Origin: an uncultured Chloroflexia bacterium
GTDB lineage: Bacteria > Chloroflexota > UBA5177
Reading direction: 5' to 3'
DNA length: 64,000 nt
Assembly (NCBI GenBank): GCA_963737125.1
Contig: CAVTRL010000005.1
Location: 38,870-102,869, forward strand
The position numbers and the translations under genes are program-made. Below are positions 19,436 to 28,138 of the stretch, one piece after another. Below the pieces are notes generated by a model. It was given only the letters and a program-made list of their open reading frames with translations, was not told the origin of the DNA and did no database searches. Every line of letters starts with the position of its first letter. Position 1 is the first letter of the stretch.

Positions 19436-20938
19436 ATGACCTCCTCCGCGCTGGCCAACATCAGTGATACGCGTCGCGGCCTATCATGGGGAGGAGTTGG
19501 AGATACGCAGCACAGGAAGAAGTGCCGAGTCGCCGTCGTTGGCGCGGGGGCGAGTGGACTGGCGGCGATCAAAGCCTTGAAGGCGGTGGGACTGCAGCCG
19601 GAGGCATTCGAAGCGTCGCATTCTCTCGGCGGCGTCTGGGCAAAAGGCAATGAGACGGATGGTCCCACCTACCGCTCACTGCGGACCAACACATCCAAGC
19701 AGGTAACGGCGTTCTCCGACATGCCGTTCCCGGACAGTGCCCCAAACTTTCCGGCTCGCGACGTTGTGGAGCACTATCTACTGGATTACGCGCGCGCCTT
19801 CGGCCTCATGGACTCGATTCACTTCAATTGCCGGGTAACTGCAATTGCTCGTGATTCGAGCGGTCAATGGCGCGTCAGGGTGAATGGCTCGCCTGAGGTT
19901 TGCTTCGACGCCGTTGTGGTATGCACCGGCGTGTTCCACCGACCTACGATTCCGGCGGTGTCCGGGAATTCCACCTTCGCAGGGCAGGTCTTGCACAGCA
20001 CTCACTACAGTCATCCGGAAGCGGTATTGGGCGACCGAGTCGTGGTAGTCGGGCTCGGCAGCAGCGCAGTGGACATCGCCGTTGATTTGGTGTCAATCGG
20101 TAAGCAGGTTACGATGTGCGTGCGCCGCGGAGCTTGGCTGGTTCCCCGCGAGATGCACGGCCGTCCACGAGACCACACGTCCACACGGCTCCTGTGGCGG
20201 CTGCCGCCCTACATACGCACTCCCCTTCAGCAATCCGCGCTGCGTCGTGAATACGAGAACCGTCACTTGCCGCCGCTGGACGAACTCTGGTCACGCCGGC
20301 ACGTGCCCTTCGATGCCCGGAACGCGCCGTCGGTAACAACCGACCACCTGCACGCGCTACTGGCATCCGGTGTGGTCGACGCGCGCCCCGCGCCGATGCG
20401 ACTCGATCGACGCATCGCACGGTTTGCCGACGGCTCCAGTACGCCGGCCGATGCGATTATCTTCTGCACCGGCTACGACCTCGACATGCCGTTCATTGGC
20501 CCTCACGCCGTGCCGTGGGCAGTTCCCGGCAGTGGTCTGTATCGCCTCGTGTTTCCACCACACTGCCCGTCGCTGGCGTTTATCGGCGTCTGCCGGGTTC
20601 AGGGAGCAGTGCTGCCGCTCGTCGAGCTGCAGTCACGCTGGGTCGCTCACGTGCTGGCGGGTGACGCCGAATTGCCCTCGGCAGACCAAATGCACCAGGA
20701 AATAGCCCTCCGGCGGGAAGCTGCGGCAGCGCGCCGTGATCTGCCCTTTCGCGTGCCGTTTCTTCCGTATCTCGATCAAATCGGCGATGAGCTCGGCGCG
20801 ACACCGGGCCTTTTGAACCACCCCTCATTGGCCCGCGAGCTACTCCTGGGACCGCCAATCGCTGCTCACTTTCGTTTGCAAGGTCCCGACGTTTGGGACG
20901 GAGCGAAAGCCTACATTCGTCAAGCTCGACATTGGTAG
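19436..20938 (+). CDS. Flavin-containing monooxygenase (FMO-like)
   Basis: GAGASG, GGVW, FAGQVLHSTHY (FxGxxxHxxxY), GLGSSA, CTGY; start codon uncertain. Confidence 0.88.
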   Translation: MTSSALANISDTRRGLSWGGVGDTQHRKKCRVAVVGAGASGLAAIKALKAVGLQPEAFEASHSLGGVWAKGNETDGPTYRSLRTNTSKQVTAFSDMPFPDSAPNFPARDVVEHYLLDYARAFGLMDSIHFNCRVTAIARDSSGQWRVRVNGSPEVCFDAVVVCTGVFHRPTIPAVSGNSTFAGQVLHSTHYSHPEAVLGDRVVVVGLGSSAVDIAVDLVSIGKQVTMCVRRGAWLVPREMHGRPRDHTSTRLLWRLPPYIRTPLQQSALRREYENRHLPPLDELWSRRHVPFDARNAPSVTTDHLHALLASGVVDARPAPMRLDRRIARFADGSSTPADAIIFCTGYDLDMPFIGPHAVPWAVPGSGLYRLVFPPHCPSLAFIGVCRVQGAVLPLVELQSRWVAHVLAGDAELPSADQMHQEIALRREAAAARRDLPFRVPFLPYLDQIGDELGATPGLLNHPSLARELLLGPPIAAHFRLQGPDVWDGAKAYIRQARHW

Positions 20939-21202
20939 TGGAAACCGAACTGATCGCTACGTGGCCGGTCTGGACGAGTGTTCGCTCACGTGCGCACCAG
21001 AGCCCTTACGAAGAGCGGCCGGTCCATCCTCGAGCGCTCGCTGAAAGCTAATCGCGCAGGTGATGACCATGGTGCCCTGGTAATAAAGGTCACGCTCCAT
21101 CGAAACGCGACACGTGCCCCGCGGATCGTGGCGGCACTATCACTGGGGCGCCGCTATGGATTCCGCCGCCAACGTCCGATTGTCAGATCGGACGCCCTGG
21201 AG

Positions 21203-22288
21203 TCAAAACACAACCACCGACCGCAGTACCTCGCCTTGCTCCATCCGATGAAAAGCTTCCTCGACGTCGTTGATTCCGATGGTCTCGGTGACGAAACCGT
21301 CGAGGTCGAGCTTACCTTGCAGGTATAGATCGATCAGCATGGGAAAATCGCGCGACGGCAAGCAGTCGCCGTACCAGGATGACTTCAACGAGCCGCCGTG
21401 GCCGAAGAGCTCGATCATGGGCAATTCGATAGTCATGTCGGGAGTGGGGACGCCCACCTGAACCAGTCTGCCCGCCAGATCGCGCGCATCAAACGCTTGC
21501 CGGTAGGTCTCGGGACGTCCCACGGCCTCGATGACCACGTCCGCACCAAAGCCACCGGTCAGGTCGCGGATGGCGGTAACCGGATCGACTTCGCCCGCAT
21601 TGACGACATGCGTTGCTCCAAAGTCCTTGGCCCACTCCAGCTTGCGGGGGTCGAGATCGACGCCAATCACCATACGTGCGCCGGCGATCGATGCTCCCGC
21701 GATAGCAGCGTTGCCGACGCCGCCGCAGCCGATCACCGCGACAGTGTCGCCCCGTGTGACCTCGCCGGTGTTGACCGCCGCTCCGAACCCGGCCATAATG
21801 CCGCAGCCGATCAAGCCTGCAGCTTCCGGTCGGGCTCGAGGGTCTACCTTCACCGCCTGGCCGGCGGCGACCAGCGTATACGGAGTGAATGCTCCGATGC
21901 CAAGCGCGGGACTGAGCGGCGTACCGTCCGCGAGGGTCATGGGCTGAGAGGCATTGCGGCTGTCAAAACAGTACCAGGGACGCCCCCGTGTGCACGAGCG
22001 GCAGACGCCACAGGGAGCGCGCCAGGCCAGAACCACGAAATCACCGGGCGCCACATTACTCACATCGTCGCCCACGGCATCCACGACTCCTGCCGCTTCG
22101 TGACCTAGAAGGAACGGAAACTCGTCGTTGATGCCGCCTTCGCGGTAGTGCAAATCGGTATGGCAGACACCGCAGGCCTGCACCCGTACCACGACCTCTC
22201 CAGGTCCGGGGTCGGGCACGATGATTTGGGCTAGTGAAACCGGTGCTCCGGCTTCGAGCGAAACGACACCCTGCACTTCACGCGGCAT
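21203..22288 (-). CDS. mscR: S-(hydroxymethyl)mycothiol dehydrogenase / S-nitrosomycothiol reductase-like Zn-ADH
   Basis: [55 protein letters not shown]. Confidence 0.85.
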   Translation of the reverse strand: MPREVQGVVSLEAGAPVSLAQIIVPDPGPGEVVVRVQACGVCHTDLHYREGGINDEFPFLLGHEAAGVVDAVGDDVSNVAPGDFVVLAWRAPCGVCRSCTRGRPWYCFDSRNASQPMTLADGTPLSPALGIGAFTPYTLVAAGQAVKVDPRARPEAAGLIGCGIMAGFGAAVNTGEVTRGDTVAVIGCGGVGNAAIAGASIAGARMVIGVDLDPRKLEWAKDFGATHVVNAGEVDPVTAIRDLTGGFGADVVIEAVGRPETYRQAFDARDLAGRLVQVGVPTPDMTIELPMIELFGHGGSLKSSWYGDCLPSRDFPMLIDLYLQGKLDLDGFVTETIGINDVEEAFHRMEQGEVLRSVVVF

Positions 22289-22315
22289 GGACTTCTCTCC
22301 CAGGCTTCCGAATCA

Positions 22316-22906
22316 TCACGAACCCCGCTCGATCCACTGCTGCAATTGCGGTTTCTCAGCGCCGATAGTTGTCGGCTTCCCGTGTCCGGGATACACCCGC
22401 GTGTCGTCGGGTAAGGTGAACAGTTTCAGCCGAATGTTCTCGATGATGCCCTCAAAGTCGCCGTCCGGTCGATGAGTGTTGCCGGGCCCACCGGGGAACA
22501 AGGTGTCGCCCGCGATTAGTATGTCATCTATGACAAACGATGTTCCCCCAGGCGAGTGTCCCGGAGTCGAGATTGCCCTCAACTGCGATCGGCCGAACCG
22601 AAAGAGATCGCCATCGTGAATTTCGAAGTCGGCCTCGATAGGTAGACGTGAGGCTTCGCGCCGGTCAATTCCAACCGGTGCCTTCGTGGCATCTTTCACG
22701 GCTTGCAGCGCGTCGATGTGATCCTGGTCGGCGTGGGTCATGAGAATGTACTGAAGTTTTGTGTCCTTCAGGGCATCGAGTATGCCCATACTGTCGAACG
22801 GGGCGTCAAACAGCACGCTTTCCCGCGTTTCGGTATCGACCAGGATATAAACGTTGTTGTCCATCGGTCCAACGGAAAAGGTCCGGAGCTCCACAGTGGA
22901 TGCCAT
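22316..22906 (-). CDS. Metallo-beta-lactamase fold hydrolase (glyoxalase II-like)
   Basis: THADQDH, TPGHSPG, GDTLFPGGPG, YPGHG. Confidence 0.88.
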   Translation of the reverse strand: MASTVELRTFSVGPMDNNVYILVDTETRESVLFDAPFDSMGILDALKDTKLQYILMTHADQDHIDALQAVKDATKAPVGIDRREASRLPIEADFEIHDGDLFRFGRSQLRAISTPGHSPGGTSFVIDDILIAGDTLFPGGPGNTHRPDGDFEGIIENIRLKLFTLPDDTRVYPGHGKPTTIGAEKPQLQQWIERGS

Positions 22907-23039
22907 CGTGCCACCTCATCAGTTTCACGCGTTTCCACCATTATCGCAGCGGCCCGGACCGCCCGTTGGTAGTCACGTGCGCATTCGGCGATCCGCGCAC
23001 CAATGCAATCGTTCTCTTAGCAATACGTGACTCTTACTC

Positions 23040-23231
23040 TTAGCCGGCCTGGACGGCTTGCGCCGAATATTGAGCTCGCTCCAGTTCTCCGATTCGATTC
23101 TGGGCCTCGGCAAGCCTTTCGTGCAGTCCGTCGATCTCCCGATTTCGAGCAACCATCAAATCGATGATTGATGTGATGGTGATGAGGTCACCATCCGCGA
23201 CTCGCTCAGATCCACTCATTCGAATTTCCAT
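23040..23231 (-). CDS. Small putative coiled-coil protein (63 aa)
   Basis: GGGGGG RBS; EIDGLHERLAEAQNRIGELE heptad pattern. Confidence 0.5.
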   Translation of the reverse strand: MEIRMSGSERVADGDLITITSIIDLMVARNREIDGLHERLAEAQNRIGELERAQYSAQAVQAG

Positions 23232-23427
23232 GTTCCCCCCAAATCGATCCAATTCTTTAACGCCGTGGGCACCATACGGTGCTTTCCGTGTACGGTGCGA
23301 GGAGCACACACGCCCTTGCGACTCCCATGGAACCACAGTGCCGTACACATAACAAGGCAACTAGTCCCCGAAGGAGTACGACCTTTGTCCCAAGTGATGA
23401 CGACGGGCCAAAATCACATTTTTGTGC

Positions 23428-23461
23428 TTGCCACGGTAAGTTAGTGAGTGTATACTAACTT
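23428..23461 (+). promoter_or_regulatory. sigma70 promoter overlapping a putative TetR operator; leaderless mRNA predicted
   Basis: TTGCCA-N17-TATACT (23428-23456); inverted repeat AAGTTAGT-N8-ACTAACTT (23438-23461); ATG at 23463. Confidence 0.75.
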
Positions 23462-23462
23462 C

Positions 23463-24005
23463 ATGGAAACGACACACCGCACCCGACTGACGGCAGGCGA
23501 ACGGCGAGAGGAAATTCTCAATGCCGCCGTGTCCGAGTTTGCCTTGAAAGGCTTGCATGGGACCTCCACCGAAACCATCGCGCACCGCGTCGGTATCTCG
23601 CAGCCGTACCTCTTCCGGTTGTTCGGTACGAAAAGAGGGTTGTTTCTAGCAGCGGTCGAGCGAAATTTCGATCGGGTGAGTCAAACTTTTCGTCTGGCGG
23701 CAGAATCGAATCCCCAGAATCCACTGATGGCGATGGGGCTCGCCTACAAAGCACTTCTGACACGGCGCGAAGACTTGCTGCTGCAGATGCAGGCGTACGT
23801 CGCGTGCGTCGATCCGGAGATACGCGCTGTCGTGCGACGGCGCTTCACCGAGCTCTACGGGCTTGCACAGGAAGTGAGCGGTGAGAACGAAGACGCGGTA
23901 CGTGGTTTCTTCGCAAGCGGAATGCTCTTAAACGTGGCCGCCGCGATGGATCTTCCCGCTCTGGTAGACAGTGAAAGTTGGGCGGAGCACTGTAGCCAAA
24001 AATAA
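23463..24005 (+). CDS. TetR/AcrR family transcriptional regulator
   Basis: RREEILNAAVSEFALKGLHGTSTETIAHRVGISQPYLFRLFGTK HTH. Confidence 0.92.
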   Translation: METTHRTRLTAGERREEILNAAVSEFALKGLHGTSTETIAHRVGISQPYLFRLFGTKRGLFLAAVERNFDRVSQTFRLAAESNPQNPLMAMGLAYKALLTRREDLLLQMQAYVACVDPEIRAVVRRRFTELYGLAQEVSGENEDAVRGFFASGMLLNVAAAMDLPALVDSESWAEHCSQK

Positions 24006-24069
24006 AATCCAGCTCATTTTTTATTTATCAGATTTAGATAGTGACCAGTCACACAGTAAGGAAGAACGA

Positions 24070-25488
24070 GTGAAAATATCAGCCAGATGGTGGACCTTCG
24101 CAGTTGTCTCGATAGCGCTCTTTATGTCAATGCTCGACAACCTCGTGGTGATCACCGCGCTGCCCGCGATCAAACGAGCCCTGGGAGCCTCCGTTGGCGA
24201 CCTAGAGTGGACCGTCAACGCGTACACGCTGGCCTTTGCGGTGCTGATGATGACGGGCTCGGCGTTGGGCGACCGCTACGGACGCAAACGCATTTTCCTG
24301 TTAGGCGTCGGCATTTTTACCATCGGTTCTGCTTCCGCCGCGCTGAGCGATACATCGGGCCACCTGTTACTGGCTCGGGCCGTGCAGGGAGTTGGTGCGG
24401 CCTTTCTCACGCCTCTCACGCTGACCATCCTGGCGCGCGTATTCCCACCCGAGCAACGAGCCGCGGTGATCGGCCTGTGGGCCGGTGTTTCAGGCCTCGG
24501 TCTCGCTATCGGTCCTCTGGTAGGTGGAGCGATCGTCAACGGCATCGCTTGGAACGCCATTTTCTGGATTAATATCCCGTTTGGCGCGCTGGTCCTCGTC
24601 CTCGGGTTTCTCCGTCTGGAAGAGTCGCGAGGTGATCGGCTGCCGCTCGATTTGCCTGGCATCATACTTGCCGGCGTCGGACTTTTCGGCATCACCTTCG
24701 GATTGATTCGCGGCAATGCGCTGGGATGGGGAAGCGCCACGATTCTCTTAGCGCTGGCTGGTGGGGTCGTCCTTCTGATGGCATTTGTGTTGTGGGAGCG
24801 GCGTGCCACCGCACCAATGCTGCGGCTCGATCTGTTCGCGATCCGTAGTTTTTCGGTGTCAAACGCTGTCGGCTATCTGATGAGCGCCGGCATGTTCGGC
24901 TCCATTTTCCTGCTGACCTTGTTCATCCAACAGATTCAGGGTGCATCGCCACTACAGGCCGGTCTCAAGACGATGCCGTGGACCGGAACGATCATGATCG
25001 TGGCCCCTCTCGCCGGGCTGCTGTCCGCTCGGATCGGCTCGCGGCCGGTCGTTGTCGCCGGGATGGCGCTTCAGACCGGCGCGCTGCTCTGGATTGGCGC
25101 CGTGTCGTCGATCACGGTCCCATACCTCAATCTGTTACCGGCTTTTATCCTGGGCGGGATCGGAATGGGCCTGACATTTGCCCCGCTCTCGTCGGCTGTT
25201 ATCAACGCGGTGTCCGGTAATCTCGAGGGTCAAGCGTCGGGAGCGTACAATTCGATTCGAGAGCTAGGTGGCGTATTTGGCATCGCTATCCTGGGAGCGG
25301 TCTTCCAGCACGTCGCCTCGGCCCCAACCGCAGCCTCGTTCATGAGCGGATTCCACACCGCGGTATTCGCCGGCGCTGCCATCGTCTTCGTAGGCACCAT
25401 GTTCGCCGTGATTTTACCGGCTGGCCGCTCCGCGGAAACACGCGTACCGGCAGTCGGCAGCGTGCAGCCCGAACTCGAGCCAGCGTAG
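24070..25488 (+). CDS. DHA2 (EmrB/QacA) MFS efflux transporter
   Basis: LDNLVVITALP, WTVNAY, GDRYGRKR, GPLVGG, FWINIP; about 14 TM segments. Confidence 0.92.
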   Translation: MKISARWWTFAVVSIALFMSMLDNLVVITALPAIKRALGASVGDLEWTVNAYTLAFAVLMMTGSALGDRYGRKRIFLLGVGIFTIGSASAALSDTSGHLLLARAVQGVGAAFLTPLTLTILARVFPPEQRAAVIGLWAGVSGLGLAIGPLVGGAIVNGIAWNAIFWINIPFGALVLVLGFLRLEESRGDRLPLDLPGIILAGVGLFGITFGLIRGNALGWGSATILLALAGGVVLLMAFVLWERRATAPMLRLDLFAIRSFSVSNAVGYLMSAGMFGSIFLLTLFIQQIQGASPLQAGLKTMPWTGTIMIVAPLAGLLSARIGSRPVVVAGMALQTGALLWIGAVSSITVPYLNLLPAFILGGIGMGLTFAPLSSAVINAVSGNLEGQASGAYNSIRELGGVFGIAILGAVFQHVASAPTAASFMSGFHTAVFAGAAIVFVGTMFAVILPAGRSAETRVPAVGSVQPELEPA

Positions 25489-25506
25489 CGATCACTGGTC
25501 TCGCAT

Positions 25507-25538
25507 GGGGAGCCGTCTCATTCGGAAGGCGGTTCCCC
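25507..25538. terminator. Hairpin between convergent genes
   Basis: GGGGAGCCGTCT/AGGCGGTTCCCC 12-bp stem with GU pairs. Confidence 0.55.
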
Positions 25539-25547
25539 ACATTCGTT

Positions 25548-26048
25548 TTATGCCGTGTTTAGCAGTTCCCGGCGCGCATCGGGCATCACCTGTTCGATAT
25601 CGAACGTGCGACTGCCAGGCAGCTTACGCACCGTGTAGCGTTCGAGTGAGTACGACTCGTACGTGTCATCGGCCACGGCCATGGCAGCGCGGTGTAGCGG
25701 CAGGCGGGCAGCACGAACTGCCTCCTCTCGATCGGTCCAGAGACAGAACGAAAGGCACTCGCGGTGCTCGTTATGAACACCGCGAAAATAATAGACCAGC
25801 CCGGACGCACGGCGCTGCGCCTCGATATACGCACCGAAATCATGCATTTCGAGCGTTAGGTTCTCGCCGGCCTCGCGGCGTACCGACCGAAAGACAACCA
25901 TGTACCACGATCCGTCGGGAACAAGGGATGCACACTCGTCCCAGGTGAATCCGTCCTGGATCGGTAGCGTCGCGTAGTGCGACGATCGTGGCCGCAGAGC
26001 ATCAAAGGCGTTCATGTGTTCCGTTAATTGTTCGCTCGTATGCTGCAT
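25548..26048 (-). CDS. UPF0643-like hypothetical protein (dimeric alpha-beta barrel)
   Basis: WYMVVFRSVRR, GLVYYF, CLSFCLW, YESYSLERY; GGAGG RBS. Confidence 0.6.
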   Translation of the reverse strand: MQHTSEQLTEHMNAFDALRPRSSHYATLPIQDGFTWDECASLVPDGSWYMVVFRSVRREAGENLTLEMHDFGAYIEAQRRASGLVYYFRGVHNEHRECLSFCLWTDREEAVRAARLPLHRAAMAVADDTYESYSLERYTVRKLPGSRTFDIEQVMPDARRELLNTA

Positions 26049-26550
26049 ACATCCTCCACTCAATCCCGAAAGAGGCGGCACCGCTGTAGCGCAAAGTACG
26101 CGACGGCGACGACCACCAGGGTTTCAGCCGATAATGTGCTCCGACCACCGGTCGTCGACCACTTCGGCGTATGAGCAGCGGACTGCGTGTCTAGGTGCGA
26201 ATCCAGCGGGAAAAAGTGCGCATAGCTGGGAATTCGACGGCGAGCGGATCGCAGTTCCTCTGTGGCCTCAGTATGGCACAGCTACGCGCAGATGTATATG
26301 AATTTCCGTATCCACGGCGAGATTCCATTCAAGCTATACCAATTGCGGGCAACGTGCACCGTGACCGTTGCACACGCATGCATACGAACTATGTGCGGAT
26401 TCGATGTTTGCAGTAGATTCACACGGTTGCGATGGTGCCAGGTAACACTCACGCCCACTCGTTACGGACGTGACTACCGTGGGAACCGAGAACCGTCTTC
26501 AACGCGTGGGGCGCTATGCCATGGAGAGCAGATCCCTACCTCCAGCGGCA

Positions 26551-27573
26551 CTACCGCAGAGCGGCGGATAGTTCTCTTCCCGCCGTCTGTCGCACCCGAG
26601 GCAATACGTCACGACCATAGTCGCGAAGGAATCCTTTTTGGTCCGGGCCGGCGCAGTGAAAGAAGAAGTGCGTGAATCCCAGGTCGATGTGTTTTTGAAT
26701 GTACGCAACGTGCTCAGAGGGATCGGAGGAGACGCACATCTTGGACTTCATGATGTCATCACCCACGACTTCGCCGTTTTGCGCCGACATCTGCGGGGTG
26801 TAAATTTTCTGATCGAACAGCGCTGGAACAAACGTGCCGGCCCAGTACTCGCGCATACACTGCAGTGCCGATTCCTCATCGTCCGTGTACGCAACGTTCA
26901 ATTCAATAAGTCTCGGCATCGTGGCTGGGTCCTTGCCCGCTTCGCGCGCGCCCGCCTCGAAGTTCTCGATGATGCCCTCATAGATCTCAGGATCCTGGCC
27001 CCCGACGGTGAACAGTCCATCGCCGTGTTTCCCGGCGAAATGCGCGCTATTCGGCACCAGCGTGGAGATGTAGATTGGCGGGGTGCGGTCCGATCTCGTC
27101 CACATGCGCGCCTTGCGCGTCTGGTAGTAGGTACCGCCAAAGGTCACCTCGTCACCGGTCCAGAGCGCACGTATGAGGTCGATGGCCTCCGCCATGCGCG
27201 CCTGCCGCTCGTCGTACTCCGGCCATTCGCCGGTTGCGGCGAACTCATTGAGGGCTTCGCCGGTGCCGATACCGAGATAGGCGCGGCCTGGCGCCATACA
27301 CTCCAGCGTCATCGCCGCCTGCGCGACGATGGCGGGGTGGTAACGCAGAATCGGACAGGTAACGCCGGTTCCCAGGTGAATGGATTCGGTACGGGCGGCA
27401 ACCGCTCCCAACCAGGTCCAGGCAAAGCTTGCCTGGCCTACTTCACTCCACGGCGCGAAATGATCGCTGCAGTCAATCGATTCAAAACCGGCCTCTTCGG
27501 CGGCAATCGCGTAGTCCAGTAATTCGAGGGGCGGATACTGTTCCGGTCCTGCTTTCCAACCAAGCTGCAACAC
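26551..27573 (-). CDS. F420-dependent LLM-class oxidoreductase (G6PDH family, TIGR03557-like)
   Basis: EQY, SDHFAPW, GTGVTCP, YHPAIVAQA, GTGEALNE; GTG after AAGGAG. Confidence 0.88.
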   Translation of the reverse strand: MLQLGWKAGPEQYPPLELLDYAIAAEEAGFESIDCSDHFAPWSEVGQASFAWTWLGAVAARTESIHLGTGVTCPILRYHPAIVAQAAMTLECMAPGRAYLGIGTGEALNEFAATGEWPEYDERQARMAEAIDLIRALWTGDEVTFGGTYYQTRKARMWTRSDRTPPIYISTLVPNSAHFAGKHGDGLFTVGGQDPEIYEGIIENFEAGAREAGKDPATMPRLIELNVAYTDDEESALQCMREYWAGTFVPALFDQKIYTPQMSAQNGEVVGDDIMKSKMCVSSDPSEHVAYIQKHIDLGFTHFFFHCAGPDQKGFLRDYGRDVLPRVRQTAGRELSAALR

Positions 27574-27639
27574 GTCAATCTCCTTCCGACTGGCCGGTAC
27601 ACTGCACAATGTGCCCTGCGATCTTGCTTCCTATAAATC

Positions 27640-27655
27640 TGCAAGATGCAGGCCG
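27640..27655 (-). promoter_or_regulatory. sigma54-like -24/-12 element
   Basis: CGGCCT-GCATC-TTGCA (GG-N10-GC), 66 nt upstream of GTG 27573. Confidence 0.5.
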
Positions 27656-27684
27656 CAAGTAAGGTCGGGAGATGTGTTTTGGTG

Positions 27685-27915
27685 CTAAACGATGCAGCCG
27701 CGCCCCTGCCAGCCAATCTGCAGCGGCTTCCCCTCTTCGACGATCACCGGCACAGTCCGGTCGCCGCCGGTCAGATCGAGCAGGTGCTTGCGCGCTTCCG
27801 GGTCGGCGTCGACGTCGAACTCTACAAAATCGACTCCGCGCCATTCGAGATCTTCTCTCGCCGCCGTGCTAAACTCGCAGCCCCGTGAAGTGTACAGCTC
27901 GATCGGTTTAGACAT
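27685..27915 (-). CDS. Uxx-star family glutaredoxin-like protein, Cys form
   Basis: CEFS motif, TVPVIV, ends GWQGRG-C-I-V-stop. Confidence 0.75.
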   Translation of the reverse strand: MSKPIELYTSRGCEFSTAAREDLEWRGVDFVEFDVDADPEARKHLLDLTGGDRTVPVIVEEGKPLQIGWQGRGCIV

Positions 27916-28138
27916 TGCATTTCACCCCTTCCCACCGGAGATTCACGTCGGTGTCAGTGTCCAATTGCTGGTAGAGACATCGGGCGCCTTCATATTTCAT
28001 TTCAAATATAAAGGCGATACACTTGAATACGGATTGTCCATGCGGATCGAACCGGGCACGTCGCCAGAATATGAAGAAAACCCGGCGTCTTCACGACGGA
28101 GCGGAAGGAGAGACGGTAATCGTGGCCTCCGCCAGATC

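Noticed and set aside
27692-28138. 149-aa N-terminal extension of HypF in the ORF track
   Set aside because: It overlaps the opposite-strand glutaredoxin and the promoter region, so it is an artefact of taking the longest start.
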